Assembly: GCA_020636845.1 (NCBI GenBank)
Contig: JACJXD010000006.1
Coordinates: forward strand, 29,153-93,152
Length of the DNA: 64,000 nucleotides
Origin: Bacteroidales bacterium
GTDB taxonomy: Bacteria > Bacteroidota > Bacteroidia > Bacteroidales > Tenuifilaceae
Direction: 5' to 3'
Positions 47,831-57,177 of the stretch are shown here, in pieces (the first letter of the stretch is position 1; each line of letters opens with the position of its first letter). The position numbers and the translations under genes were made by a program. Under the pieces are notes generated by a model. That model worked only from the letters and a program-made list of their open reading frames with translations. It did no database searches and was not told the DNA's origin.

Positions 47831-48528
47831 TATACATTTGGTTGATAAAGGGTTTTGCTATTGCGTAAGCGGGCTAAAATGCTAATAAAGAAGGGGTGGA
47901 TTAGCATTAACAGGCAAGTTGAGGGAAAACTGTCGCTTATGGTTGACGAAGATGTTTGTATTGAAATAACAAATCCTCATAATGTGGAGTGGGTTGGCAG
48001 GGGTGCTTTGAAATTACAAAAGTTTATAGAAGAGTTTGCTTTCGACTTTACGGACAAGTTGGTGCTGGATGTAGGCGCTTTCACTGGAGGTTTTACTCAG
48101 TGCGCATTGCATAACGGGGCTAAATTTGTTTGGACTATAGATTTGGGGACCAACCAGTTGCATTCTTCGTTGGTTAATCATCCTATATTTCGTTTATATC
48201 GTTGTTGACTGTTGTCCCATATTTGCCTAAGTTTTTAAAGGATAACGGAAGAATGATACTGTTGGTTAAGCCGCAGTTCGAGGCCGGACGTGAGGCCTTA
48301 AATAAAAATGGAATTGTAAAGTATCCTGATAGTCATATTAAAGTATTGAATTCTATTCGTCATGGATTCGAAGCACACAACTATAAATTAGTCCATATTA
48401 CAGCTGCTCCAATATATTCCAAAACAATGAATATAGAGTACATTGCAGAGTTTTCTCGGGAAGGTATAAGTATTATGGATTTTACTATGGTTGTGAATAA
48501 AGTTTTTGATTTACAGAAGAACCTTTGA
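47817..48528 (+). pseudogene. tlyA: TlyA-family (S4 domain plus FtsJ-like) rRNA 2'-O-methyltransferase, disrupted
   Basis: MKRVDIHLVDKGF starts at the ATG at 47817 and then shifts frame in a T4 run near 47852 to LLRKRAKMLIKKGWISINRQV (S4 domain). The SAM motif LDVGAFTGGFTQ is intact. After ..LVNHP, about 30-35 residues expected before (D)ISFISL are missing and the frame changes again at about 48195. The tail LLVKPQFEAGREALNKNGIV..NIEYIAEF is conserved. Confidence 0.65.
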
Positions 48529-48653
48529 TTCGGGGAAGTTGTTTCTTCATTTATGTTGACTTGTAAATTTTTATCGGTTTTATTAATTTGGCAAAGAGCA
48601 TTAGAGTTGTTTAAAATCAATATAAATAGTATTGGTTTTTATGGTTTATAAGG

Positions 48654-48661
48654 TATATTTG
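48654..48661 (+). promoter_or_regulatory. Candidate -7 promoter box (TAnnTTTG) for trxB
   Basis: tatatttg lies 45 nt upstream of the ATG at 48706. Confidence 0.45.
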
Positions 48662-48705
48662 TACTCAATTTTAAATTAATGTATGTAGATAAATAAATAC
48701 AAATT

Positions 48706-49701
48706 ATGTCACTATTCAAATCATTTGATACAAAAGGAAACGAGGATTCCGACAAACAAAACTTACCTGTGGAAAAGGTAAAAGTATTAATATTAGGTTC
48801 GGGACCTGCTGGATACACTGCTGCAATTTATGCGGCGAGGGCAAATCTTAATCCCGTGATTTACGAGGGTATTCAACCGGGAGGACAGTTGACCACTACT
48901 ACCGAGATAGAGAATTTTCCTGGTTATCCCGAAGGCACTACGGGTACTGCTATGATGGAGGATTTAAAGAAGCAGGCCGAGCGTTTTGGTACCGATGTCC
49001 GTTTTGGAATAGCCACTTCGGCTGACTTAAGCGTGCAACCTTTTCGGGTGATTATCGACGAGGAAAAGGTAGTAGAGGCTGATGCTCTGATTATTGCAAC
49101 GGGAGCAACTGCTAAATACCTTGGTTTGGAATCGGAGGAGAAGTTTAAGGGACAGGGCGTATCAGCCTGTGCAACCTGCGATGGATTCTTCTATAAAGGT
49201 AAGGATGTGGCCGTTGTTGGCGGTGGTGACACTGCATGTGAAGAGGCTACATACTTGGCTGGATTATGTAATAAGGTTTATCTGATTGTTCGTAAACCGT
49301 ATCTTCGCGCATCGAAGGCCATGCAGGAACGCGTTTTCAGTACATCAAACATTGAAGTGCTATTCGAGCATACTACAAAGGAAATCGTAGGGGATATGAC
49401 CGGAGTTAACGGTGTTGTTCTTAATAGTACTAAAAAAGGAGAGGATGTTAAAATTGATATTTCAGGGTTCTTTTTAGCTATTGGGCATCATCCGAATTCC
49501 GATATATTTAAGCCGATGATTGAAACCGACGAAGTTGGCTACATAAAGACAATTCCGGGTACGTCTAAAACTAATATTTCGGGAGTATTTGCTTGTGGCG
49601 ATGTGCAAGATCCTCATTACCGTCAAGCTATTACTGCTGCTGGCTCGGGATGTATGGCTGCTATTGATACGGAACGATATCTTGGCGAAAGAAAATTCTA
49701 A
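48706..49701 (+). CDS. trxB: Thioredoxin-disulfide reductase
   Basis: 331 aa. The FAD motif is GSGPAGYTAAIYAARA, the redox centre is CATCDG and the NADPH motif is GGGDTACEEA. Confidence 0.93.
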   Translation: MSLFKSFDTKGNEDSDKQNLPVEKVKVLILGSGPAGYTAAIYAARANLNPVIYEGIQPGGQLTTTTEIENFPGYPEGTTGTAMMEDLKKQAERFGTDVRFGIATSADLSVQPFRVIIDEEKVVEADALIIATGATAKYLGLESEEKFKGQGVSACATCDGFFYKGKDVAVVGGGDTACEEATYLAGLCNKVYLIVRKPYLRASKAMQERVFSTSNIEVLFEHTTKEIVGDMTGVNGVVLNSTKKGEDVKIDISGFFLAIGHHPNSDIFKPMIETDEVGYIKTIPGTSKTNISGVFACGDVQDPHYRQAITAAGSGCMAAIDTERYLGERKF

Positions 49702-49704
49702 TAA

Positions 49705-49736
49705 TAAAAAATCCCGCTTTTAGCGGGATTTTTTTA
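49705..49736. terminator. Bidirectional terminator between trxB and the AOS-family gene
   Basis: aaaaaatcccgc tttta gcgggattttttt. Confidence 0.85.
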
Positions 49737-49750
49737 ATATACTGTGCACA

Positions 49751-50989
49751 TTAAATTTGTGCAATTTTTTCTTTGTCGTATTTTCCTGCGAGTAACTTTT
49801 CGTGTACAATCGAAAATGCTTTTATAGTTTCTTTAACATCGTCGAGTGTATGTGCAGCCGTAGGAATAAGGCGAAGCAAAATTTGTCCTTTTGGAATAAC
49901 AGGGTAAACCACCATTGAACAGAATATTCCATAGTTTTCACGAAGGTCGAAAACCATGTTAGCTGCTTCGGGAACGCCTCCGGTCATATAAACAGGGGTA
50001 ACGGGCGATTGTGTTTTACCAATGTTAAATCCCATTTCCTTTAACCCACTTTGTAGGGCGTTTACAATTTTCCAAAGGTTTTCTTTTATTTCTGGATGAG
50101 TTTGTAATAGTTCCAAACGTTTAAGAGCCCCATATACCATAGGCATTGGCAACGATTTTGCAAAAATTTGCGAGCGCATGTTATACATTAAGAATCTGAT
50201 AACCTGTTCGTCAGATGCAACAAAACCGCCAATTCCTGCCATACTCTTAGCAAAGGTAGAGAAGTAGATGTCGATTTTGTCCATAACACCAAAGTGTTCT
50301 GGAGTTCCGGCACCATGTTTTCCCATTGTTCCAAAGCCATGAGCATCGTCAAGAAGAATGCGGAACTTGAATTCTTTTTTCAAGTCGGTTATGGCTTTGA
50401 GGTTTCCTAAATCACCAGCCATACCAAAAACGCCTTCGGTTATCAGTAAGATGCCACCTCCAGTTTTTTCGGCTGTTTTAGTTGCCATAGCTAACATTTT
50501 GTGGCAACTTTCCATGTCGTTGTGCTGGTAAACAAAACGTTTTCCGGGGAATAATCTTAATCCATCGATGATACAGGCGTGTGCTTCCGAATCGTAAACA
50601 ACTACGTCGTTACGACCAAGAATTGTATCGATAATCGAGAGCATTCCCTGATAGCCAAAGTTGAGAACATAAGCAGATTCTTTGCCTACAAACTTTGCTA
50701 GTTTTTCTTCCAATTCTTCGTGCTTGCGGGTTTGTCCGCTCATCATGCGGGCTCCCATTGGGTATGCCATTCCAAATTGAGCGGCTGCTTCAGCATCGGC
50801 TTTACGAACTTCCGGATGATTTGCTAGTCCTAAATAATTATTTAGACTCCAGGTTAATACTTCTTTACCCCTGAAAATCATTCGAGGCTTAATTTCACCT
50901 TCAAGTTTTGGAAATGAGAAATAGCCATGGCTGTATTGTTGCCATTGGCCAATAGGTCCCATGTTTTGAATTTTATCAAAGATATCCAC
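49751..50989 (-). CDS. Alpha-oxoamine synthase family PLP enzyme (Kbl/BioF/serine-palmitoyltransferase-like)
   Basis: 412 aa. DDAHGFG and FSTFAKSMAGIGGF (PLP Lys) are present. I cannot decide the substrate from the sequence alone. Confidence 0.8.
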   Translation of the reverse strand: MDIFDKIQNMGPIGQWQQYSHGYFSFPKLEGEIKPRMIFRGKEVLTWSLNNYLGLANHPEVRKADAEAAAQFGMAYPMGARMMSGQTRKHEELEEKLAKFVGKESAYVLNFGYQGMLSIIDTILGRNDVVVYDSEAHACIIDGLRLFPGKRFVYQHNDMESCHKMLAMATKTAEKTGGGILLITEGVFGMAGDLGNLKAITDLKKEFKFRILLDDAHGFGTMGKHGAGTPEHFGVMDKIDIYFSTFAKSMAGIGGFVASDEQVIRFLMYNMRSQIFAKSLPMPMVYGALKRLELLQTHPEIKENLWKIVNALQSGLKEMGFNIGKTQSPVTPVYMTGGVPEAANMVFDLRENYGIFCSMVVYPVIPKGQILLRLIPTAAHTLDDVKETIKAFSIVHEKLLAGKYDKEKIAQI

Positions 50990-51180
50990 TTTATAAAAAT
51001 TTTGAGTGATACATCGTTTTAAAATATCGGCAAAACTAACTTATTTTTGATAAAATGTAACCTTTTGTTCCCTAATTTTATTAAATATGAGCAAATTCGG
51101 GAGTTATACGACAGGCAAAAACTTAACTTTTTTTATGTTTTTACTTGAATTTTCTATTTTATTATATCGGTATTGTTTCC

Positions 51181-51188
51181 TAAATTTG
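51181..51188 (+). promoter_or_regulatory. Candidate -7 promoter box (TAnnTTTG) for the bamD operon
   Basis: taaatttg lies 47 nt upstream of the ATG at 51235. Confidence 0.4.
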
Positions 51189-51234
51189 CCGGATTAGTTG
51201 TAATACTTAGTAAATTAACTTTAAACGCCTTTAT

Positions 51235-52053
51235 ATGAGTAAAAGGATTTTGGTGTATTTCCTGAGCTTAACGGCTTTGTTGTTTGTATCGTGTTCGGGT
51301 TTCGAAAAAATTTTAAAAAGTACAGATTACGAGTACAAGTATAAAAAGGCACTAGAATATTATGCCAAAAAGGATCATTATAGGTACTTGACTCTTTTTG
51401 AGCAATTGTCGCCTATTTATAAAGGTACGTATCGTTCCGATACTATTGAGTATTATATTGCAGAAGGAAACTTTTATCAGGGCGATTACTTGTTAGCAAG
51501 TCACGATTTTGATGTTTTTCGCAAAACTTTTCAGCGGAGTTCTTTTACCGAAGATGCTGAATTTATGTATGGGTATTGTTACTATAAATCTTCGCCTCGT
51601 CCCGATTTGGATCAGGAAAGTACTAAAGCCGCAATAGAGGCTTTTATGGATTTTTTAAGGCGATACCCCAATTCTCCGCGTAGGGACGAAGTTAATAAGT
51701 TACTGGATGAATTAAAGAATAAGTTGGTAGAAAAGTCGTACCTTAGTTCAAAATTGTACTACAATATTGGTGACTATAAGGCAGCCATTGTGGCTTTAAA
51801 AAATAGTATAAACGATTACCCTGATAGTAAACATAGGGAAGAGCAAATGTTTCTAATTTTAAAATCTTCATTCTTATTGGCCGATAACAGTGTTGCTCTT
51901 AAGCAACGGGAGCGTTTTCAAAGTACAGTTGATGAATACTACTCCTTTGTGGCCGAATTTCCGGAATCGAAATACATGAATGATGCAAAAAAAATGTATG
52001 AGAAATCGATGAAAGTGATCAGTAAGGATGAGTCAGTAGATCAGAATAACTAA
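51235..52053 (+). CDS. bamD: Outer membrane protein assembly factor BamD (TPR lipoprotein)
   Basis: 272 aa. The lipobox is LFVSCSG. It is TPR-like and Tyr-rich. It occupies the conserved position before rpoZ-coaBC. Confidence 0.8.
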   Translation: MSKRILVYFLSLTALLFVSCSGFEKILKSTDYEYKYKKALEYYAKKDHYRYLTLFEQLSPIYKGTYRSDTIEYYIAEGNFYQGDYLLASHDFDVFRKTFQRSSFTEDAEFMYGYCYYKSSPRPDLDQESTKAAIEAFMDFLRRYPNSPRRDEVNKLLDELKNKLVEKSYLSSKLYYNIGDYKAAIVALKNSINDYPDSKHREEQMFLILKSSFLLADNSVALKQRERFQSTVDEYYSFVAEFPESKYMNDAKKMYEKSMKVISKDESVDQNN

Positions 52054-52070
52054 AAAACCAAATAAAAACT

Positions 52071-52403
52071 ATGGACGTAAAGAAAATTAATGCGCCAGCT
52101 TCAACTATTTCGCGCGATTTAAGTGATCTTGATAAGGAAACCGGAAATGTTTACGAATCGGTTCGGATTATTGGCAAACGTGCCAATAAGCTTAGCCATG
52201 ATTTAAAGCAAGAGTTAAATCGCAAGTTGGAAGAGTTTGCTTACTATACCGATAATCTTGAGGAGGTTTTCGAGAATAGAGAGCAAATTGAAATTTCGAA
52301 ATTTTACGAAAGGCTTCCTAAACCTGTTTTAATTGCAACCCAAGAGTTCTTGGAAGGTAAACTCTTATACGAAGAGGTGGAGGAACCTGAGGAAAACCAG
52401 TAA
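52071..52403 (+). CDS. rpoZ: DNA-directed RNA polymerase subunit omega (Bacteroidota type)
   Basis: 110 aa. NVYESVRIIGKRANKL is present. Its position between bamD and coaBC is conserved. Confidence 0.7.
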   Translation: MDVKKINAPASTISRDLSDLDKETGNVYESVRIIGKRANKLSHDLKQELNRKLEEFAYYTDNLEEVFENREQIEISKFYERLPKPVLIATQEFLEGKLLYEEVEEPEENQ

Positions 52404-52404
52404 C

Positions 52405-53619
52405 ATGAAACTGGTAGGGAAACATATAGTTTTAGGAGTTACCGGAAGCATTGCAGCCTACAAGGCTGCAACGTTAGTTAGATTGTTGGTTAAGGAAGGG
52501 GCAGAGGTTAAGGTTATAATGACACCGTTGGCTAAGGAGTTTATTACTCCTTTAACGCTTGCCACCCTTTCTAAAAATCCCATTTTAGTTGATTTTTTTA
52601 ATCCTGAGAACGGTGATTGGAATAGCCATGTGGACCTTGGTCTTTGGGCCGATTTATACATTATAGCCCCAGCCAGTGCCAATACAATAGCTAAAATGGC
52701 AAATGGAGTTGCCGACAACCTATTGCTTACAACGTATTTATCGGCTCGTTGTCCGGTAATGGTTGCTCCGGCAATGGACTTAGATATGTATGCACATCCT
52801 GCCACACAAAAAAATATTGCAACAATTGCCGGATACGGCAATATTATTATTGAAGCAGCCTTCGGAGAATTGGCCAGTGGACTTTCCGGTAAAGGGCGGA
52901 TGGAAGAACCCGAAACAGTACTTCGCCGGGTTATCGATTTTTTTAACAGTTCGAATAGGTTTGCCAATCGTAAGGTTCTTATAACATCGGGACCAACATA
53001 CGAGTATATCGATCCTGTAAGGTTTATCGGAAATTTTTCGTCTGGAAAAATGGGAGCGGCTTTAGCCGATGAGTTTGCCAAGCAAGGAGCACAGGTTACT
53101 TTTATTTCGGGACCTGCAGGAGTTTATCCTAAAGATACTTCTATTACTCGTATTGATGTGGTTTCGGCGAGCGAAATGCTGGAAGCCGCAAAGAATTCTT
53201 TTCCTAGTGTTGATATAGCTGTTATGGTTGCAGCTGTTGCCGATTTTACCCCAGAAACTGTTGCCGATAATAAAATTAAAAGGGAGGCCGACGACCTTAT
53301 TCTTCGTTTAAAGCCTACCGTTGATATTGCAGCAACATTGGGCAAAGTAAAAAGAAATAATCAGTTACTTGTTGGTTTTGCTCTTGAAACAGCTAACGAA
53401 CAGGTGAATGCTTCCGAAAAACTCAAAAGAAAAAATTTCGATTTAATTGTATTAAATTCTTTAAATGATAAAGGTGCCGGCTTTAGTGGCGATACAAATA
53501 AAATTACGTTAATTAACACTAAGGGCGAGATTACTCCGTTTGAAACAAAGAGTAAGCAGCAAGTTGCTGCCGATATTGTTAGCGCAATATTCGAAATGAT
53601 CGGAAATCTAAAAGGCTAA
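52405..53619 (+). CDS. coaBC: Bifunctional phosphopantothenoylcysteine decarboxylase / phosphopantothenate-cysteine ligase
   Basis: It starts at MKLVGKHIVLGVTGSIAAYK (Met25 of ORF 52333), 1 nt after the rpoZ stop. PASANTIAKMANGVADNLL, ITSGPTYEYIDPVRFIGNFSSGKMG and AAVADF are present. Confidence 0.92.
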   Translation: MKLVGKHIVLGVTGSIAAYKAATLVRLLVKEGAEVKVIMTPLAKEFITPLTLATLSKNPILVDFFNPENGDWNSHVDLGLWADLYIIAPASANTIAKMANGVADNLLLTTYLSARCPVMVAPAMDLDMYAHPATQKNIATIAGYGNIIIEAAFGELASGLSGKGRMEEPETVLRRVIDFFNSSNRFANRKVLITSGPTYEYIDPVRFIGNFSSGKMGAALADEFAKQGAQVTFISGPAGVYPKDTSITRIDVVSASEMLEAAKNSFPSVDIAVMVAAVADFTPETVADNKIKREADDLILRLKPTVDIAATLGKVKRNNQLLVGFALETANEQVNASEKLKRKNFDLIVLNSLNDKGAGFSGDTNKITLINTKGEITPFETKSKQQVAADIVSAIFEMIGNLKG

Positions 53620-53630
53620 ACCTTTAAATT

Positions 53631-54551
53631 ATGTCTCTTTCACGCTTTACAGCAATCTTACTTTTAATTTTCTGTCCGTTTGTTGGAATCGGACAAGAGT
53701 TAAAGTGTAATGTTTCTATAAATTCCCAGAAAATTCAGGGAACCAACCGTACTATTTTTCAAAATTTACAAAAAGCCATTTACGAATTCATGAATAATAC
53801 TGCATGGACAAACAATGTTTTTGGATTCGACGAGAGAATTGAGTGCAGTATAATGTTTAACCTTACCGAACAAGTTGGATCCGACGAATTTAAGGGGTCA
53901 ATTCAGGTTCAGTCGCGTAGGCCTGTTTATAATACGTCGTATAACACAACCATGTTGAATTACCTTGACCAGAATCTTCAGTTTACTTATAGGGAGTTCG
54001 ATAAGTTAGAGTTTTCGGAGAATACGAATCTGAACAACCTTTCGTCCATTCTTGCTTTTTATGCATATATAATAATTGGATTGGATTACGATTCGTTTTC
54101 TAATTTGGGTGGAAACGACTACTTTTTAAAAGCAGAGAAAATAGTAACTAATGCTCAGCAGTCCACAGAGAAGGGGTGGAGGGCATACGAAGGTAATCGT
54201 AAAAATCGATACTGGTTAATTGAAAACTTGCTTAACAGCAAGTACAAGCCTTTACGGGAAGTAATTTATAAGTATCATCGGTTAGGCTTGGATAGAATGA
54301 GCGATAAAGTGGTGGAGGGCCGTGCCGAAATTGCTACCTGCTTAGAGTCGTTACAGAAAATTTATAGGGAAAAACCCGATCCGTATATGTTTGTACTTCA
54401 ACTATTTTTTGATGCAAAGAGCGACGAATTGGTGAATGTCTTTTCAGAATCTTTTCCTACCGAAAAGGCGCGTGTGGTAAACATTCTTACGGAAATAGAT
54501 AACTCTAACGCATCAAAGTATAAGAAGATACTAGAGGATAGTAGCGATTAA
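53631..54551 (+). CDS. DUF4835 family protein (annotated in some databases as T9SS-associated PorD)
   Basis: 306 aa with a signal peptide. ELKCNVSINSQKIQGTNRTIFQNLQKAIYEFMNN..WTN and ERIECSIMFNL are typical of DUF4835. It lies in the conserved coaBC-recN slot. Confidence 0.65.
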   Translation: MSLSRFTAILLLIFCPFVGIGQELKCNVSINSQKIQGTNRTIFQNLQKAIYEFMNNTAWTNNVFGFDERIECSIMFNLTEQVGSDEFKGSIQVQSRRPVYNTSYNTTMLNYLDQNLQFTYREFDKLEFSENTNLNNLSSILAFYAYIIIGLDYDSFSNLGGNDYFLKAEKIVTNAQQSTEKGWRAYEGNRKNRYWLIENLLNSKYKPLREVIYKYHRLGLDRMSDKVVEGRAEIATCLESLQKIYREKPDPYMFVLQLFFDAKSDELVNVFSESFPTEKARVVNILTEIDNSNASKYKKILEDSSD

Positions 54552-54557
54552 TTCGAT

Positions 54558-56210
54558 ATGCTTCGTAAACTTCATATACAAAACTTTGCGTTAATCGATG
54601 AACTCGACATCGATTTTCAGCCAGGATTAAACATTATCACCGGAGAAACAGGTGCCGGTAAATCAATATTGTTGGGGGCTTTAATGCTGATATTGGGGCA
54701 GCGTGCTGATTCTTCGTCATTAATGAATCCGGATAAGCCTTGTGTTGTTGAAGGGGAATTCGATGTTTCTACTTACGATTTATCGGAATTTTTTGAGCAG
54801 AACGACATAGATTATAATACGGTTACAACTATTCGCAGAAATATTAGTGCGAATGGGAAATCGAGAGCGTTTATAAACGAAATACCCGTAAATTTAAGTT
54901 TGCTGAAAGACCTTGGTGACTTACTAATTGATATTCATTCTCAACATCAAAATTTACTTCTTGGCAATAGCCAGTTTCAGCTAAAAGTGCTTGATGCGTT
55001 TGCCTCTTCAAAGAGTATTATGGAGGAGTATCGGTTGCAGTACAAAAAGTATAAGAGCATTTGTGCCGATTACGAAAAGTTAAAGTTGGAAGCGGAAACA
55101 GCCTCGAAAGACTTTGAGTATATGCAGCATCAGTTAAACGAGTTGCAAAGTGCAAGTATAAAAGCGGGAGAGTTGGATGAACTCGAAAATCTTCAACGTC
55201 AGTTAACTCACGCTACCGAAATAAAAATGGCGTTGGAAACAGCCTATGGGGCAATTAATGCGGATGATATTTCGGCTTTACATTTTACCAAGGAGGCAAT
55301 TAGTAGTTTGAAGCGAATTTCCGAGGTGTTTTCGGCTACAGAAAATGTGCTGAATAGGCTGGATTCGTGCCGGATTGAACTTAAAGATATTGCCGACGAA
55401 CTTGATGCTCAGAATGCTAAAATTTTTGTTGATGATGGGCAGTTGAGTAATGTAACCGCCCGTATAGATTTGCTGTTTGGATTACTTCAAAAGCATAGAG
55501 CCGCATCGGTAGAGGATTTAATAGCCTATCGTGATGAACTTGCCCGAAAAGTTGAGTTTATAGGGAATGTGGATTTCAATTTACAGGAATTGCATAAGAC
55601 TTTACTGGAAGAAAAAACAAAGGTTAATGGCTTGGCCGACAAGTTATCTTCGGTACGAAAAAAGGCTGTACTTCCTATTGAAAAGAGTATTACCGAAATG
55701 CTTGTGCAGTTGGGTATTAAACATGCCGTTTTTAAAATTGACATTGATAAAATAGACGATTTTCAGGAGTGGGGAACCGATAAGGTAACTTTCCTATTCT
55801 CGGCAAACGATAGCGTTAAGCCTATGGAACTTGCAAAGGTTGCTTCGGGAGGAGAGTTGTCGAGGTTAATGCTAAGTTTGAAATCTTTGTTGGTGAAGTC
55901 AACAGGCTTGCCAACGGTAATTTTCGATGAAATCGACACGGGCGTTTCTGGGGAAATAGCTTACAGAATGGGGAGTATTATTCAACAAATGGCCAAGGGA
56001 ATGCAGGTAATTAATATTACCCACTTACCTCAAATTGCAGCAAAGGGAAGTACGCATTTTTTAGTATATAAACAAAATACCGATAAAGGGTCGAAAACCG
56101 GAATAAAACGGTTAACATCCGATGAGCGTATTATCGAAATTGCAAAAATGCTTAGCGGCGAAAAGGTAACCGATGCAGCATTACAAAATGCAAAGGAATT
56201 GCTGGGATAA
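54558..56210 (+). CDS. recN: DNA repair protein RecN
   Basis: 550 aa. The Walker A is GETGAGKSILLGAL. A long coiled coil follows. The signature SGGELSRLMLSLK and the Walker B VIFDEIDTGVSG are present. Confidence 0.92.
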   Translation: MLRKLHIQNFALIDELDIDFQPGLNIITGETGAGKSILLGALMLILGQRADSSSLMNPDKPCVVEGEFDVSTYDLSEFFEQNDIDYNTVTTIRRNISANGKSRAFINEIPVNLSLLKDLGDLLIDIHSQHQNLLLGNSQFQLKVLDAFASSKSIMEEYRLQYKKYKSICADYEKLKLEAETASKDFEYMQHQLNELQSASIKAGELDELENLQRQLTHATEIKMALETAYGAINADDISALHFTKEAISSLKRISEVFSATENVLNRLDSCRIELKDIADELDAQNAKIFVDDGQLSNVTARIDLLFGLLQKHRAASVEDLIAYRDELARKVEFIGNVDFNLQELHKTLLEEKTKVNGLADKLSSVRKKAVLPIEKSITEMLVQLGIKHAVFKIDIDKIDDFQEWGTDKVTFLFSANDSVKPMELAKVASGGELSRLMLSLKSLLVKSTGLPTVIFDEIDTGVSGEIAYRMGSIIQQMAKGMQVINITHLPQIAAKGSTHFLVYKQNTDKGSKTGIKRLTSDERIIEIAKMLSGEKVTDAALQNAKELLG

Positions 56211-56289
56211 TACTATTGTTTAAATTTGCTGAACTTTATTTTTAACAAATTGTTTAATGGGTTTGTGGACTAACCTAAATTGTACATTT

Positions 56290-57129
56290 ATGACTTATAA
56301 TTTACTAAAAGGGAAAAAAGGCTTAATTTTTGGAGCCTTAAACGAGAAATCAATTGCATGGCAGGTTGCAGAGAGGGCTTTTGAAGAAGGAGCCGAAATA
56401 GTATTAACAAACACTCCCGTTGCTATGAGAATGGGAAGTGTTAATGAGTTGGCAGAAAAATGTAATTCTGTTGTTATTCCTGCCGATGCTACAAATATTG
56501 ACGATTTAGAGGCGTTATTAGATAAGACAATGGAGCGCTTTGGGGGTAAAATCGATTTTGTTCTTCACTCTATTGGAATGTCGCCCAACGTTCGCAAGGG
56601 TAGAACATACGATGATTTGGATTACGAGTATTTACATAAAACGTTAGATATTTCGGCAATATCATTTCATAAGTTGTTGCAAACAAGTTGGAAGAAAGAT
56701 GCAATTGCACATGGTGGCTCGGTGATTGCTCTTTCGTATATTGCAGCGCAACGAACGCTTTATGGCTACAACGATATGGCTGATGCAAAAGCGCTGCTCG
56801 AGTCTATTGCTCGCAGTTTTGGTTACATTTATGGAAGGGAACGTGGGGTAAGAATTAATACCGTTTCCCAGTCGCCAACCGAGACTACTGCGGGTGGTGG
56901 TGTTATGGGATTTGATGCACTGCTCGATTTTTCGAACCGAATGTCACCGCTTGGTAATGCCAATGCCTTGGATTGTGCCGATTTTTGTATTACTCTATTC
57001 AGCGATTTAACCCGCAAAATAACCATGCAAAACGTTTATAACGATGGAGGTTTCTCCAGCATGGGTATGAGTAATAGGGCTATGGCTATTTATAACAGGA
57101 ATTTGGAAGAATGTAAAGATTGTAAGTAA
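56290..57129 (+). CDS. fabI: Enoyl-[acyl-carrier-protein] reductase (NADH), FabI type
   Basis: It starts at MTYNLLKGKKGLIFG (Met12 of ORF 56257). SIAWQVA and the SYIAAQR..YGYNDMADAKALLES Tyr/Lys region are present. Confidence 0.85.
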   Translation: MTYNLLKGKKGLIFGALNEKSIAWQVAERAFEEGAEIVLTNTPVAMRMGSVNELAEKCNSVVIPADATNIDDLEALLDKTMERFGGKIDFVLHSIGMSPNVRKGRTYDDLDYEYLHKTLDISAISFHKLLQTSWKKDAIAHGGSVIALSYIAAQRTLYGYNDMADAKALLESIARSFGYIYGRERGVRINTVSQSPTETTAGGGVMGFDALLDFSNRMSPLGNANALDCADFCITLFSDLTRKITMQNVYNDGGFSSMGMSNRAMAIYNRNLEECKDCK

Positions 57130-57133
57130 AAAG

Positions 57134-57158
57134 AAAAACCCGCAAAAGCGGGTTTTTT
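57134..57158. terminator. Bidirectional terminator shared by fabI and rpoD
   Basis: aaaaacccgc aaaa gcgggtttttt. Confidence 0.85.
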
Positions 57159-57177
57159 AATTTTCTATATTGGTTAG

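Noticed and set aside
47855-48528. Treating ORFs 47855-48208 and 48202-48528 as two separate small genes.
   Set aside because: Together with 47817-47855 they form consecutive parts of one TlyA-family methyltransferase in three frames, so the better interpretation is a disrupted single gene.
51235-56210. bamD-rpoZ-coaBC-DUF4835-recN block as a candidate functional system.
   Set aside because: As far as I recall, this gene order is widely conserved housekeeping synteny in Bacteroidota. It is tightly packed, but nothing here indicates novelty.
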